Shown here: in pieces, positions 1 through 11,451 of the stretch
How positions within the stretch are numbered: position 1 is the stretch's first letter
Layout: each line of letters begins with the position of its first letter
Assembly: GCF_006345805.1 (NCBI RefSeq)
Contig: NW_021833096.1
Location: 1 to 57,784 of the forward strand
Length of the DNA: 57,784 nt
Source: Octopus sinensis
Lineage: Eukaryota
Reading direction: 5' to 3'
The notes under the pieces: model-generated
Told to the model about the DNA's origin: nothing
Database searches by the model: none
The model's input: only the letters and a program-made list of their open reading frames with translations
Position numbers and translations under genes: made by a program

Positions 1-508
1 TTCGGCCTCGTCCACTTGCAGGGGGAGGACAGAGGCTGCTCTGTTGAGGACAAATATTCGTTCCATTGTCAACTCAACTGAGCTTATTTGGCATGATTTT
101 ATCGGTTGTGGTGGACTTGTTACAATTCCGTATATCTCCACCACACTTTCTCGCGGAATTCTGGGTTTTGGGGATATTTGGACTTACTGGGAACAGAATT
201 TGATAAAATTGGAGTCAGTGGTCTCAGACTTGAAGGCTGCGGCTTGGATTGTTACCCCACTGTCACGAAGGACCATAAAAATGCTCTTAGCTAAGGATTA
301 GGACAACTATATGGACACCCTTCCCTCTTGAGTGAGCCATTCGGGCCCTGATCCATACACGGTTTCCCACGTGTTTTGGAGTTTCGGTTATTTTTACGAG
401 ATTGTGTTCGGAAGTTATTCCTGAGAGGAAATCCTTTAAGGAATAGTCCCCAAATAGTTGGGAGTCATTTTTGTTATTGTTGTCACCACATGACTGTTCA
501 CACGCCAT
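1..508 (-). CDS. DARS1: Cytoplasmic aspartyl-tRNA synthetase, 5' part (runs off window start)
   Basis: Removing introns 291-318 (28 nt) and 161-187 (27 nt) gives VWIRARMAHSRGKAKSIFMVLRD...IKFCSQIPRESVVEIYGIV...IKSCQISSVELTMERIFVLNRAASVLPLQVDEA, the AspRS anticodon-binding OB fold. Confidence 0.93.
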
Positions 509-620
509 TAAAATAAATTTAAAATTTTTTTAATAAAAATCCATAATCTTAAATAATTTGACCTTAATACAACATTCTTTAAATATTAAAAAAATTAATT
601 AGAATAATAAAAGTGGACAA

Positions 621-1963
621 TTAACCCACACAAATTATAGGAAACCACCCAAATCGACAAGTTCTCAAATTCTTCCCCCAAAGAAAGTCCGAACCACAAG
701 CCAAGACAAGAACCTGATCTCCTTTTTGCAGACTCAGATGACTAAGGCAGACACTGGAATACGAACAAGTCACAATTTCTGTCTTTTGTGTTGAATTTAT
801 CTAAATAATCACATTATTATCTACTGTATGTTTTTCTACAAAATTTTTTGGAAAAATTCCCTGTTCTCCGGCTATTTCTCCAAGGTACCAGTCCTCGTCG
901 ACTTCCTCAACCAGTCTTACGACGTCCCCAACACTCAACTTCAAATCCCCCAGTTCTGGTCCTTCAAAATTGTGCTTAGCAACAAAAAACACTGAATAGT
1001 CACAAATCTCCTAACTTGAATCAGGTGGATAAAATGACTCAAATCTAAGAGATTCGACCTCCTCTGTCCTTTTCATTGTCTCTTCACTCTTTCCAAGGTT
1101 TCCAATGTCGAATAAAGATTGTTCAAAGTCTATTGACTTGTTTATGTCATCATTGATTAATTTTTTTGTTCCAAACTCGAAAGTTTTAAAGTCTTTTTTT
1201 GCTGAGGGAATGGAAAAACACGATTCGAGTGAAAAAAGTTGGTCATTTTGTTCAGAATTATTGGTTTTGGTTGTTTGCTTTTCAATAACGAAATTGGATT
1301 GCAGTTTATTGGCTGAATAAAAGTCGAGATTTGACGGGCTTGTTTGTGGGGAATTAACCGTAAAGAACGGGTCAGCCGCTTGTAAAATATTTAAAGGAGT
1401 TTCCTGCCTAGTAGGTTGTGGAATAATGTTTAAAGAATCTTTCCGATCAACATTTTCAGATTTGTTTTGAGTAATCGACTCCCATTGTGTGGGTCGAAAT
1501 ACATTTTTGGCTTTAGAATTGTCGATGCTGGCCATTGATTTGAGTCTGGGTTTTGGTTTACGTGCGAATTCTCTCGGCATTGCAGAGACATTGGTAGAGA
1601 AAGCATCGAGTTGTTCCCTCAAGTTCAAATCGACATTAGCAGATGATGTTTTTTTGAGAGAATATGTCATTTCCACGGGGAGTTTGAGAGGAATTGGTTC
1701 GCCAGTTGACACGACTTGGATTAGTTTCATAAGACACGAAAACTGTATTTTATCAATGCTGCCAGATTTGAAGACATCGACCAATTCCCTACCAATATTC
1801 GCATTCCTAACCATATTTTGGCCAAGTCTGTGTCAGGCAGCTTTGAACGTGCCAAATATGGAGCCAACGTTGCTCCCGAAATAAACCCATTTGTAGAACT
1901 AAGTCTCGAAAAATCAAAATCCCATTTCTTAATTTCTTCCTGAGAACAAGACCAGATTGACAT
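621..1963 (-). CDS. EH-domain + two SH3-domain endocytic adaptor (miniature intersectin-like), about 423 aa
   Basis: Spliced model with 23, 24 and 24 nt introns. EH domain GFISGATLAPYLARSKLPDTDLAKIWELVD...IDKIQF; low-complexity linker with DPF; SH3 AKHNFEGPELGDLKLSVGDVV..DEDWYLG..GIFPKNFV; second degenerate SH3 HLSLQKGDQVLVL...WGKNLRTCRFGWFPIICVG*. Confidence 0.8.
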
Positions 1964-2115
1964 AAATTCGCAATTTTAAAGCCTTTATTTAACACAAATA
2001 TTAAACTAAAAATAAACCAACAAATAATATAGTCAAATAAATTTATCCTAAACTACAGAAAGCATACTTAGTAAACAATAGCAAACCACAGAATAACTCA
2101 CTAGTAACAATAACA

Positions 2116-3802
2116 TCACTGCCCCTCTTCCATAACCCTCTTGGATGGAAAATGAGGGACTGACTTCTTTCTTTTAGTAGTACTCTGGGGTATTGAAGAG
2201 TCCCCTTCTTGTCGATATGTCGAGAAATCCCTCAAAACTAAACAAACCGACCAAACCTGTTAGGCTGCCTTTTCCCCATTTGAGCCTGCCCTCTGCCTGT
2301 CCCACTAATCCTACGAGTCTACAACTACTTAATCAACTCCCTACAGAACTCTCCTCCAATATCCTCAGGCGAGTCTCCAGCATTGCTCGATGTTCCACCC
2401 CCAACGAGGACTCCGCGTCCTCCTCACACAAGGCATCCACTCGGGAAGCAAGGGAGACCTTCGCTGCCAACATCCTCGATGCCTTTCCTTTCAATTTGGC
2501 CGAGGTTTGCCCGACGAGTTGTGACGAATAAATCAGTCCATACTTGGGCGTATTCCGATTGCCCTTCAATGCTAAGAAAAGTGTTTTTTCTGCTCCAAAA
2601 ATCTGAATTGTCGAGGAAGGCTGCTTGGCTAACTTCAAGAGGGATCCCGCATGGGAGATAAGACGGGCTCCCACCTGCTCCCCCACCAGAACTGTCACGT
2701 TGGGGGCTACAGCCATCATCCGATTGCTCAAATAATCAGTCAAATGAGTCCTGTACTCAATCAATTGAATTATCTATAAATGTTAACAAAATCAGTCAAC
2801 TGTGAATATAATCAATTCAAATTAATAAAGTATGAGATTTACCTGATTACATAACTCTTTTATACTAATAAGGTCATCTGGTGAACACTCCATGCCGATT
2901 GTTGTGTTGACTGAGGCCTTGAGATGTGCCTCGTCTTCCTCACTGAGCCAACGAGACAAATCTGCCTCTCCCAACCCACTTCGATCACCTTCAAATAAAT
3001 CAAAAATACTAACCAAAGTTATAAATAAGCTGGGCATACAATAATGGATCAGGAACAAGCTTAACTAACTCTGGAAAGTGCCATCCATACCACTCTCTAG
3101 CCCGCATAACCAAATTATTGAGTTCCCTGTCCAGTTCATCCAACAAACCTACAACAAAATAAATTTAAATAATTATTTATTTAAAAAATAAATTAATTAT
3201 TAAATAATTAATTAAACTAATTAATTACCAATAGCATGAATAATCATAATGTCAATTTTGTCGGCCGAGAATTTCAATTTGTACCGACAAAGCCCGTGAG
3301 TAAGGCCAAGAGAAGTGGCCGAAAGTTCATTGGAATGGACATCCAGCAGACTGGGGAGTTGTGCCCTTATACAACGAAACAATTCCACCACAGGGGCCCC
3401 CCAGACACAGTCCACAGCCACTTTATTCTGAGGATAAATTGACCAATCAGAGACCTTTATTAATGTCCCTAAACGTTGGTCGGCCACTGCGAGCTTCTCG
3501 TTGGATTGGGAGACTAATTTTAAGAGACGTTTCAGTTTTTTGTTCATTCGGCCTTCAATAAGGGAGGATGTGGCTGCAACAGACTCGGAAAGGTCCTTGA
3601 ATTTGACAAAATACTTCATTTCCATGCTTTGGTGTTATGTGGTGATAAATGTACAATTTACTGGCTGTTTCTGGAGTGCTAAAATATTTGTACAGATCAT
3701 CCACTTTTTGGAGTTTTTTTTCTTTTAATATCTTTATGTTATTTTTGTGTTAAATACCTTAAATATTGCATACCCAGCGGATGTTTCAAAGAGTACCAAC
3801 AT
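2116..3802 (-). CDS. NOP58: Nucleolar protein 58 (box C/D snoRNP core)
   Basis: Starts MLVLFETSAGYAIFK; contains REWYGWHFPEL, APNVTVLVGEQVGARLISHAGSL, TPKYGLIY and the NOP58-like tail RRISGTGRG...EGDSSIP; multiple tiny introns plus two of about 70-80 nt. Confidence 0.92.
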
Positions 3803-4082
3803 GGACAATATTACAACTAATGTGTGTTTTAAACTTTATTTTAAATTTATTACTTTTATTTCAAACTGTTATTATTTATAATAATAAAACATTATAAATG
3901 TTAATATTAGTAGAACTCATTTGACTATCTTTCAAGTGAGTTACTGAGTACATTTACTTGGACACCAAATTTCACTGATTTATAAAAGAATCTTAAAAAT
4001 AAATAATTAGAATTATTAATTAATTTAATAAATAGAAACTAATTAATTTTAATATAATAAATATTTAAGTGTATTCAAGTGG

Positions 4083-4727
4083 ATGGTATTCTTTTGTTGT
4101 AGAACAAATAGGGATCAACATTATCCTCAATATCCTCTACATCTCAATGTACAGCCACATCCCCCACCCTATAGTCGACCGTGATGAAATACTCCGAATA
4201 GGCCGAAGATTCCGTAAAATAGACGTGGATGGCTCAGGCACTCTCTGCCTGGAAGAACTATTCAACCTCCCCGGCCTGGAATCCAATCCCCTCGTCCGCA
4301 GAGTCCTCGAAGTATTCGACACAGACAAAAACGGAGTGATCGATTTCAACGGTATAAACCCATCGATTACCCACTAAGAGTTCATAAACGGCATTTCTCT
4401 ATTCTGTGTAAAGGACACGGACATTGAGGCCAAATTGGCATGTGAGTAAGCATACTAATTCAGTCGCCTTTAAGATATATGACACGGACAATGAGGGGTA
4501 CCTCACTCGGGAGGGAATGTTCAGAGTCCTCAAGACCATGGTGGGGGATAACTTGAAGGATGACCAACTCAGACAGGTCATTGACCGTACTATTGTGTTT
4601 GCTGACACTGATTGTGATGGAAAGTTGTCCTTTGAGGAGTTTTGTAATGTAATGGTCTTCCTTTCATTCACAGGCTGTTCGACATATTGGCATTGACCAA
4701 CAGATGGTCATCAATGCTGATATTTAA
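4083..4727 (+). CDS. PPP3R1: Calcineurin B regulatory subunit (4 EF-hands, MG myristoylation start)
   Basis: ATG-only first exon, then GSTLSS...[22 protein letters not shown]...[25 protein letters not shown]...FAFKIYD...[37 protein letters not shown]; five 22-27 nt introns. Confidence 0.93.
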
Positions 4728-5043
4728 CACTAATATACTTTAATTATTTATTAAATTATATTTAATTTATTTTTGATTAATTATTATTTAAATTTTGTTT
4801 TTGTGGATCAATTAGTTAGCCTTGTGGTAAGATGGTGCCAAGGTAGCGAATGATTTTAGCAAGATCAGGCCGAGTAGTGTCTACATATATTCGAATAGAC
4901 GGACTAGGGTGAGGGAGTCGTTGGAATACTCTGGGGGACTTTAATAGCTCAATGGCCTATGGATAATTCGAATAGAACACACAACTCATTATCTGAACTT
5001 AACCTTTGGAATAGGCCATTTAGAATATTTAAAATTATTTTTT

Positions 5044-5560
5044 ATGATAAAGATAGTTTGTATTACATATTTAGGTAAAAGGAATATCATAATTAACTAT
5101 ATAATTACCTGCATATAAAACTAGATTATTATAAATACAATTTTATTGTAGCGTCCATCCTGGTGTGTTATATTCTGGGTTTTTGTCTCACAATTACTTT
5201 TGTGGATTCAACATTGGCCCTACATTATTGTAGAGCTTCCTGGGTGTAGAGTTTTCTACTCCCCGTATACTCTACTACATTAACTATAAAAAAAGTTATT
5301 GCATGACAATTCTATCAAATTTTCCATATTGTTATCATACCTATGCTAATGTAGTTTTAGACAGTTTATTAATTCATAGGTTAAATTAACGTGAATAAAA
5401 ATCAAAATTTAGTTTTTAGAAAATTTAGAAAAAGTCTCTCAGTCATTCCCGAGTATGTTGTTCAGGGATTAGTCAAAAGTTATTGTAAAAAGACAAATTT
5501 TGTTATTTACAGAAAGACAGACAACAAACAGTGTGCCCAAATTGAGAGAACAAAAGATTA
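5044..5560 (+). CDS. Hydrophobic exons, possibly an alternative ER-anchoring N-terminus of the downstream CNC-bZIP gene
   Basis: Hand-spliced MIKIVCITYLDYYKYNFIVASILVCYILGFCLTITF...VVLDSLLIHRKSL resembles the Nrf1 N-terminal TLDGYGIHPKS motif; no clean in-frame link to 5889 could be built. Confidence 0.3.
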
Positions 5561-5857
5561 GATAAACCTTTGAACTAAAATAATGAGTAGTGATAAATAT
5601 TAAAAGAATGAATAACATAAAAGTGATAGGTCGTGAAATATCCAGCCTGCAATTGAAAATACTTATTTCAGAAAATTAGCAAAAAAGGCAGAATGTCCTA
5701 AAAATTGGTATTTTAAAAAAACAGTTTTTCATTTAGTGATAAGGCGTATATACCCACAATATTTTAACAAACACGCTTATTGATTAAATTTGGATTAACC
5801 ACAAATAGGCGTATAATATGGTCAAATAAATCCACGTAGTTCGATAAATAACCAAAA

Positions 5858-6546
5858 ATGGTTCATTAAAGCAACTTATCATGTTTAGTTCAACTACGAT
5901 TTTCTGGACCAAGAAATAGACCTGGGAATAACACCAGACACATTAGGACTGAGTACAATGCCCTCCCAGAATAAGCAAACAGACATGTTTTCAATCAACG
6001 AAGAAACCGGTAAGTGAAAGTACTCATTAACAGGGGAAATTATGCCCACCAAAAACTACGAGGAGTCCTACGTTGATATCCTCTAACACTCTTAGTTCAC
6101 TCACATCCCTGTCCCCGACATCCGCGATAGGAGTTGGGGGAACCTCACCTACAATCCCCTTCCATACGACCCCTCCACCAGGACGGACTATTGGCAGGAA
6201 TACTGGCCTATGGAGTCGGTCCTCAATGAGGTCCCTCAGTTGACGGATGACATAATAAACTACGACAAGACCGAATATAAGGAGTTTATTAGGAATAACT
6301 CGTTTACTGAACAACAGGTGAAGCAAATGAATGAAGTCAGACGGAGAGGTCGAAATAGAGTATTCCACGTGCTTTATAGTCTAGATGGCTGCCAGGACAT
6401 GCAGGGACCGGAAGAACTGTATTATTGAAACCTACAACAAAGAAATTGAGGTTCTTAAAACGAGAAAGCACAGACTTGAACAAGAAAGTATGATTTTAGC
6501 CAAGAAGGTTCATGATCTGGTTCATCTCCATAAATCAAGGATTTGA
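5858..6546 (+). CDS. CNC-bZIP transcription factor, Nrf2/CncC-like, 195 aa
   Basis: Exons 5858-5860, 5889-6009, 6034-6071, 6096-6359, 6385-6546. Contains QEIDLG (DLG), NEETGE (ETGE), CNC region DDIINYDKTEYKEFIRNNSFTEQQV and basic region RRRGRNRMAARTCRDRK plus zipper. Confidence 0.88.
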
Positions 6547-6659
6547 TAAATTACGTTTATATGTTTTATTTCTAACACATTTCCATTTAATTATAATCTT
6601 AAATAATATATTAATAAATATTTTGTTTACAGATTTAGTCTGTTGTGGTCATTGAAGGA

Positions 6660-8115
6660 ATGATCGAAGAATCAGTTTTAGATTACGAAGAAATAGACAG
6701 TGACCCCCCAATCGAACAAATCGGCCTATCTACAATAATAGAAGAGACCGAAGCCGACTTTGAGACTGAACTACCCCCCATAAAAGTACCCCAAATAAAT
6801 GACCCCCAAGGAGTACCCCTTCAACCCAGAAGTAGGCGAATATGCAGATATTGCCCGCCACGGAATAATCGAAGTGGCCGGTTAATGTCCGTGAATCACA
6901 ACCAGGGGATGATCTCTGCGGAAATAAAGTGATCACATTCTCGGCCTGTCGTCTACCCCCAGGAGAGGACCAAAGAGTGCTCAAGTAAGGCAGAACGTAT
7001 AATATAGCTACCTAATGTTCACTCTGGACAAGTATGTGGAGAATGATTACGTAATCGTGTACTTCCACCACGGACTGACACATACTCCCTCCATTCGGTT
7101 CCTCTATCAGGCATATCGACAATTGGACAGAAGGTGGGTCATTTTTTGTGACTTGGAGGTATAAAAAGAACGTAAAGGCACTGTATATAGTCCATCCTAC
7201 CACGGTCGTTAATTTTATCATCTCCGCCTTCCAACGGATAGTCAGGTTGGTCCCTGCCGACAGCCTTCAGTTCAAAATTCGCCCAGAAACTGCACAGGAT
7301 TAGAAGTATAGGGGAAATGAACTCGATTGTACGAATAGACCAGCTAAAGATTCCCCATCAAGTCAAGCTGTACTGATTAGTCTCATTTTCTAGTCATGAC
7401 ATCAAATTGGGACACACCCCTCAGGTTGTGGAGTCCTCCCCCACTGCCCAGTTCGGGGTGTCCCTCGAATAGTAAGTTGTGGATGTCAGTCTTAAGTGTA
7501 CTGTCACAACACGTGTGTTCTGTCCCACCCATCGTGGAGCAGTGCATTGAGTATATAACTATGTTTGGTTGGTCTTGTTTGGGTAGTTGGGAGGGCTAGA
7601 CTACGTGGGGATATTCCGGTTGTCGACCAGTCAAATGCTCCTTCATGATGTCCGGCAGAATATCAATCAAGGCATTTCTGTTGATTTTGGGGTTATTGGG
7701 GATGTGGTTCTCGTCTCTGTTCTTCTTAAACGCTTTTTTGGGGAGTTGACGCCTCCTTGTTTGCAGATTCACTTCATCCACTCATTGTTGACTTCCAAGG
7801 TCTCATTGGTCTTCTAATCTTCAGCCCATTCTGACAAGATCACGTGTGCTTGGGATATTCTGACCCAACTGCCAGCAATAAACAGAAATTTGCTTTTTGT
7901 TTTGTTAGATTTGTTGGATATGGTGAGTGGTGGAGTGACCTGTTTAGGTACAACGAAGAAGTCAAGTCAATTTGATGACTTCATCCAATTTGGGGATTGT
8001 TTTTGGGTGTAATCTGTGCAGGGCAGTCGATGGACTGTCCTCATTATTCTACATTAATCATTTCGTGACATTCCTCATCGATAACTACCACGACTTGAAA
8101 GCCATGGAGTACTAA
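6660..8115 (+). CDS. ARHGAP1: BCH/CRAL-TRIO + RhoGAP protein (ARHGAP1/ARHGAP8 family)
   Basis: YADIARHGIIEVAGDD..FSACRLPP..TLDKYVENDYVIVYFHHGL..YKKNVKALYIVHPT (BCH domain); VPPIVEQCIEYI..GIFRLS (arginine finger), LLKRFFGEL, NLMTSSNLGIVFG. Confidence 0.9.
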
Positions 8116-8193
8116 TTAATAATTTATTCTAATTACTGTACTCAGGAGGGTCCCTATTAGTCGTGGTGATAGGATCGGGCTTGTCTCTACTTA

Positions 8194-8790
8194 TTAGGCG
8201 AGAGATACTTCTCTCTTATTAACTGGGGGGAATAATCTCAGTTTATTATTTTGAGTAAAGTCGGATATAGAAATGATAGTTCGTAGTAGATAAGAAATAG
8301 ACCACAGATTGTTGTGTATAATGGAATCAGACACTTTCCGATAGTCAATGAAGCACGTATATGCACTCTTCTGTGATTTATCGGCCTTCTCCATAATCAA
8401 TCGGACATTAGCTATATAGTCGAACTTTGGTACTAGAGGAGTTTACTAAGAATCCTTTGGTCGTCCAAAATAACAAACATGGATATATTTATACGGGTCA
8501 ATTTGGGCATTTTGTTTGAACGAAAAATCGTAAAACACGTTCTTTGGACATGTCATCTGCTTTGTTGGATAGAATCATTCTGCTGAGTAATATTTACAGG
8601 AAGATTTTCGCATAGTATTTAAAGACGACCCTCGAAGACCTGAGGAAGAGACTTCCCAGCCGACTGAGGAATTGAAGGCTATCAACGGTAGAATACGCAA
8701 CGGAATTTCAAATGACTTGGAGGGGTAGAGAAATTGGCTTGTGAGATATTTAAGGATCGGACATGACTTAATTGGACAACCTAAGCTACC
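8194..8790. mobile_element. Decayed RTE-like LINE fragments (RT piece on -, 3' end piece on +)
   Basis: AYTCFIDYRKVSDSIIHNNLW on the minus strand; FGHVI-like and RTE-type terminal remnants on the plus strand. Confidence 0.55.
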
Positions 8791-8956
8791 CTAACATCGA
8801 GAAGAGAAAGTCGTGAAAAATACTGAGATAATATGTAAAACTAACATCTTTCAGGGGAATATAAAACATTATTAAATAAAAGTTTTTCTTATAATAAAAT
8901 TCAATTATAATAAAATTGATTTAAGAATAAAATCCAATAAACATTAAAAGTAGGTC

Positions 8957-9888
8957 ATGAAACTATTGAGCGCATGTCTTGGAAGTGCTACTGCATTATT
9001 ATTAGTAATTAGTCGACCCACAGAGCAGTTTAATGCACAACATCAATCTAAAAGTAATCTTTTTTCCTAAACATTATAAAACTAGCGGACCACAAATTCT
9101 ACGGATTACCAACCAGTCATACAATCCAACGTACATATTCCTATCATACAGTTAACTACGACACAACAAAAAAAATATCTGATTGGTCTCAATATTTAAT
9201 AACAAAAAATAGCTCACAAGGTTTGTCTAATGTTATAATTCTCAAAGGCGAAGCAAATAGAAGAAACTGCAGGTTTCAAAATGACGAAAATATTTCAAAA
9301 TATTTCTCGACCCCTGCTGACTACAAAAGAAGTGGATATTCGAAAGGACATCTCAGTCCATCGGGGTCATTTAAATTCAATCAGGTCAATGACTTGTTCT
9401 ATTTTAGACTGGAATGTGCGACACTTTTTATTTGACGAATATTGTTCCTCAGAATATGAGACAAAATTCTGGCATTTGGAATAGATTGGAACAATATCTG
9501 AGAAAAGAATTAATTAAAACATTTGACAATATTTCGGTGGTAACTGGCCCAGCATTTCTTCCCTTTGAGTCCAATCCAAAGGAAATTCGAATAAAAGTAT
9601 TTTGAATTGTTCATTCACGAGGTCATCGGAAATAATAAAGTTTGGGTTCCAACCCACACATATAAGGTTGTTTTGTGTCAGTCTCAGACTGATACTTATT
9701 TGGGGGCCTTTCTGATTTTAAATGATTCTAGTGGATATCCAGAAGATTATAAGGACAACATGGTCAAACAGTTAAGTATAAATTAGGTCAGCATTGATGA
9801 ATTGGAACAAGATCTTGGATTTGATTTTTTTCCGGAACTGGATAGAACAGATGTCAAAGATTTACGTGATTATCTGAAAATGGTTTAA
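8957..9888 (+). CDS. EXOG: Mitochondrial His-Me finger nuclease, EXOG/EndoG family (EXOG-like)
   Basis: N-terminal hydrophobic leader; GEANRRNCRFQND..DYKRSGYSKGHLSPSG..TFYLTNIVPQ..NSGIWNRLE..VVTGP..VIGNNKVWVPTHTYKV..LGAF..FFPELDR. Confidence 0.85.
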
Positions 9889-10010
9889 ATTAGTTTAACG
9901 ATTTTTTCTGGGTTTTTTCTTGGTTATGTATTGATTTTCATTTCAGATTGTTTCATTTTGTTAGGAATTTAATTTATTTATGTTAATTATTTGGAATTTA
10001 ATTTATTTAG

Positions 10011-10811
10011 GCAATCTTCGAAGGCCTGCTTCCTGTCTCCAATCAACACCGTGTCGCTTGCCTCCGTGCAGGTCACTGTGAAAGCAGCGGTGTCTGGTTA
10101 AAGGCTCTCCCTCTCCCTTCCATCGGGAACCTGTTGGACAAGGAATGCCTAAGAATTGCAATCTCCCTCCGTGTCGGGCTGAAAATCTGCCAGACGCACA
10201 AATGCCGTTGTGGGGGAACTGTTGACGAGTACGGTTTGCATCCCCTCGCTTTCCGGCGGAGTGCCGGTCGTGCCCCCCGTCACAGTGAACTCAACTCAGT
10301 CATACAGAGAGCCCTCGCTTCAGCAGGCATCCCGTCAATCCTTGAACCTGTTGGATTGGATAGAGGGGATGGCAAACGCCCTGACGGCATGTCCACCTTC
10401 CCCTACGAGCAGGGGAAATCCTTATTTGGGATTCTACCTGCTCGGACACGTTCTCGCTGGGAAATCTCGCTCTGTCCGCCGCCAATCCTGGGCACGCTTT
10501 CAGGCAGGCCGAGGAGCGAAAGATTCTCAAGTACGGCCACCTCTCCAACTCGCTGCTCTTTACTCCAATTGCTGTGGAGTCCTCCGGGATCTTCGGTCCC
10601 AAGACACTCCGCTTCCTTCGCTCGCTCGGTCGACGGATTTCAAGGACTAGTCACGATCCAAGAGAGTTTTCTTGGCTCCTGGAACGTCTGTCGATTGCTG
10701 TGATCCGAGGGAACAGCTTCGCGATTCGCGAGGCTGGTCGGGTGTCTCGTGAGGCCTTTAATTAACTTAGCTATCTTTAATTTCTTTCTTGCTTTAAAAA
10801 AAAAAAAAAAA
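10011..10811 (+). mobile_element. 5'-truncated CRE-like non-LTR retrotransposon (restriction-like endonuclease C-terminus), frameshifted
   Basis: CRCG..H zinc knuckle, RH..LN, LEPVGLDRGDGKRPDG, AVESSG, LSIAVIRGN, poly(A) at about 10796-10811; AATTATTTGGA is present on both sides. Confidence 0.85.
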
Positions 10812-11451
10812 TTATTTGGATGATCTAATTTTAATTATGTTTAGAGACTCTATTTAAAATAAAAGAAAAACGACATCAAAAAAACGCTAAAATTAAAAAT
10901 ACGAAAAAAAACAAAAGCTCATCAAATTGTTCCTTAACGTTTAGTTATCGAATGTTTTACCTGCCAATTCTTGAACAGTAGAAAATATGGTATCCTATCT
11001 AATTCTTGCTTTAACTTAACTTTTACTTTTATCTTGGCTATATTACAATGAGTTAGGGTTGTGCCAGGGTTCTTCCAAACTGGCTTTGTGCTCGTTGCAT
11101 GAATGTGAAAGGAGTTTTTAGAACCACTATTTCACCCATTCTTTATTTACCAATACTTACTTCGAGAAAATTCAATTAGAGCCCTAATGAGATTTTGCCA
11201 TCTTTCCAAATACCAGGATATGCCCCAATTATAATTTCGAAGCATGTTAGATTTTATAGCCGCCGATAGCTTCTCAACTTTTATCAAAAAATACGAACTA
11301 ACTGCAACAAAGACTGGTAAAAACTCCGCATGATTGACATCAATTTGCTTAATTCACCATTTCAAATTAAACTTAGCAGTTATGTGTCTTTAACAGATAG
11401 TCAAAAATTAAAATTTAGTTAGTATGTCTTAAATTAGTGAAATTATTTTAA

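Noticed and set aside
4816-4945. U2, U4 or RNase MRP RNA
   Set aside because: Short chance matches only; the U2 GUAGUA branch-recognition sequence and the MRP CR-V motif are absent.
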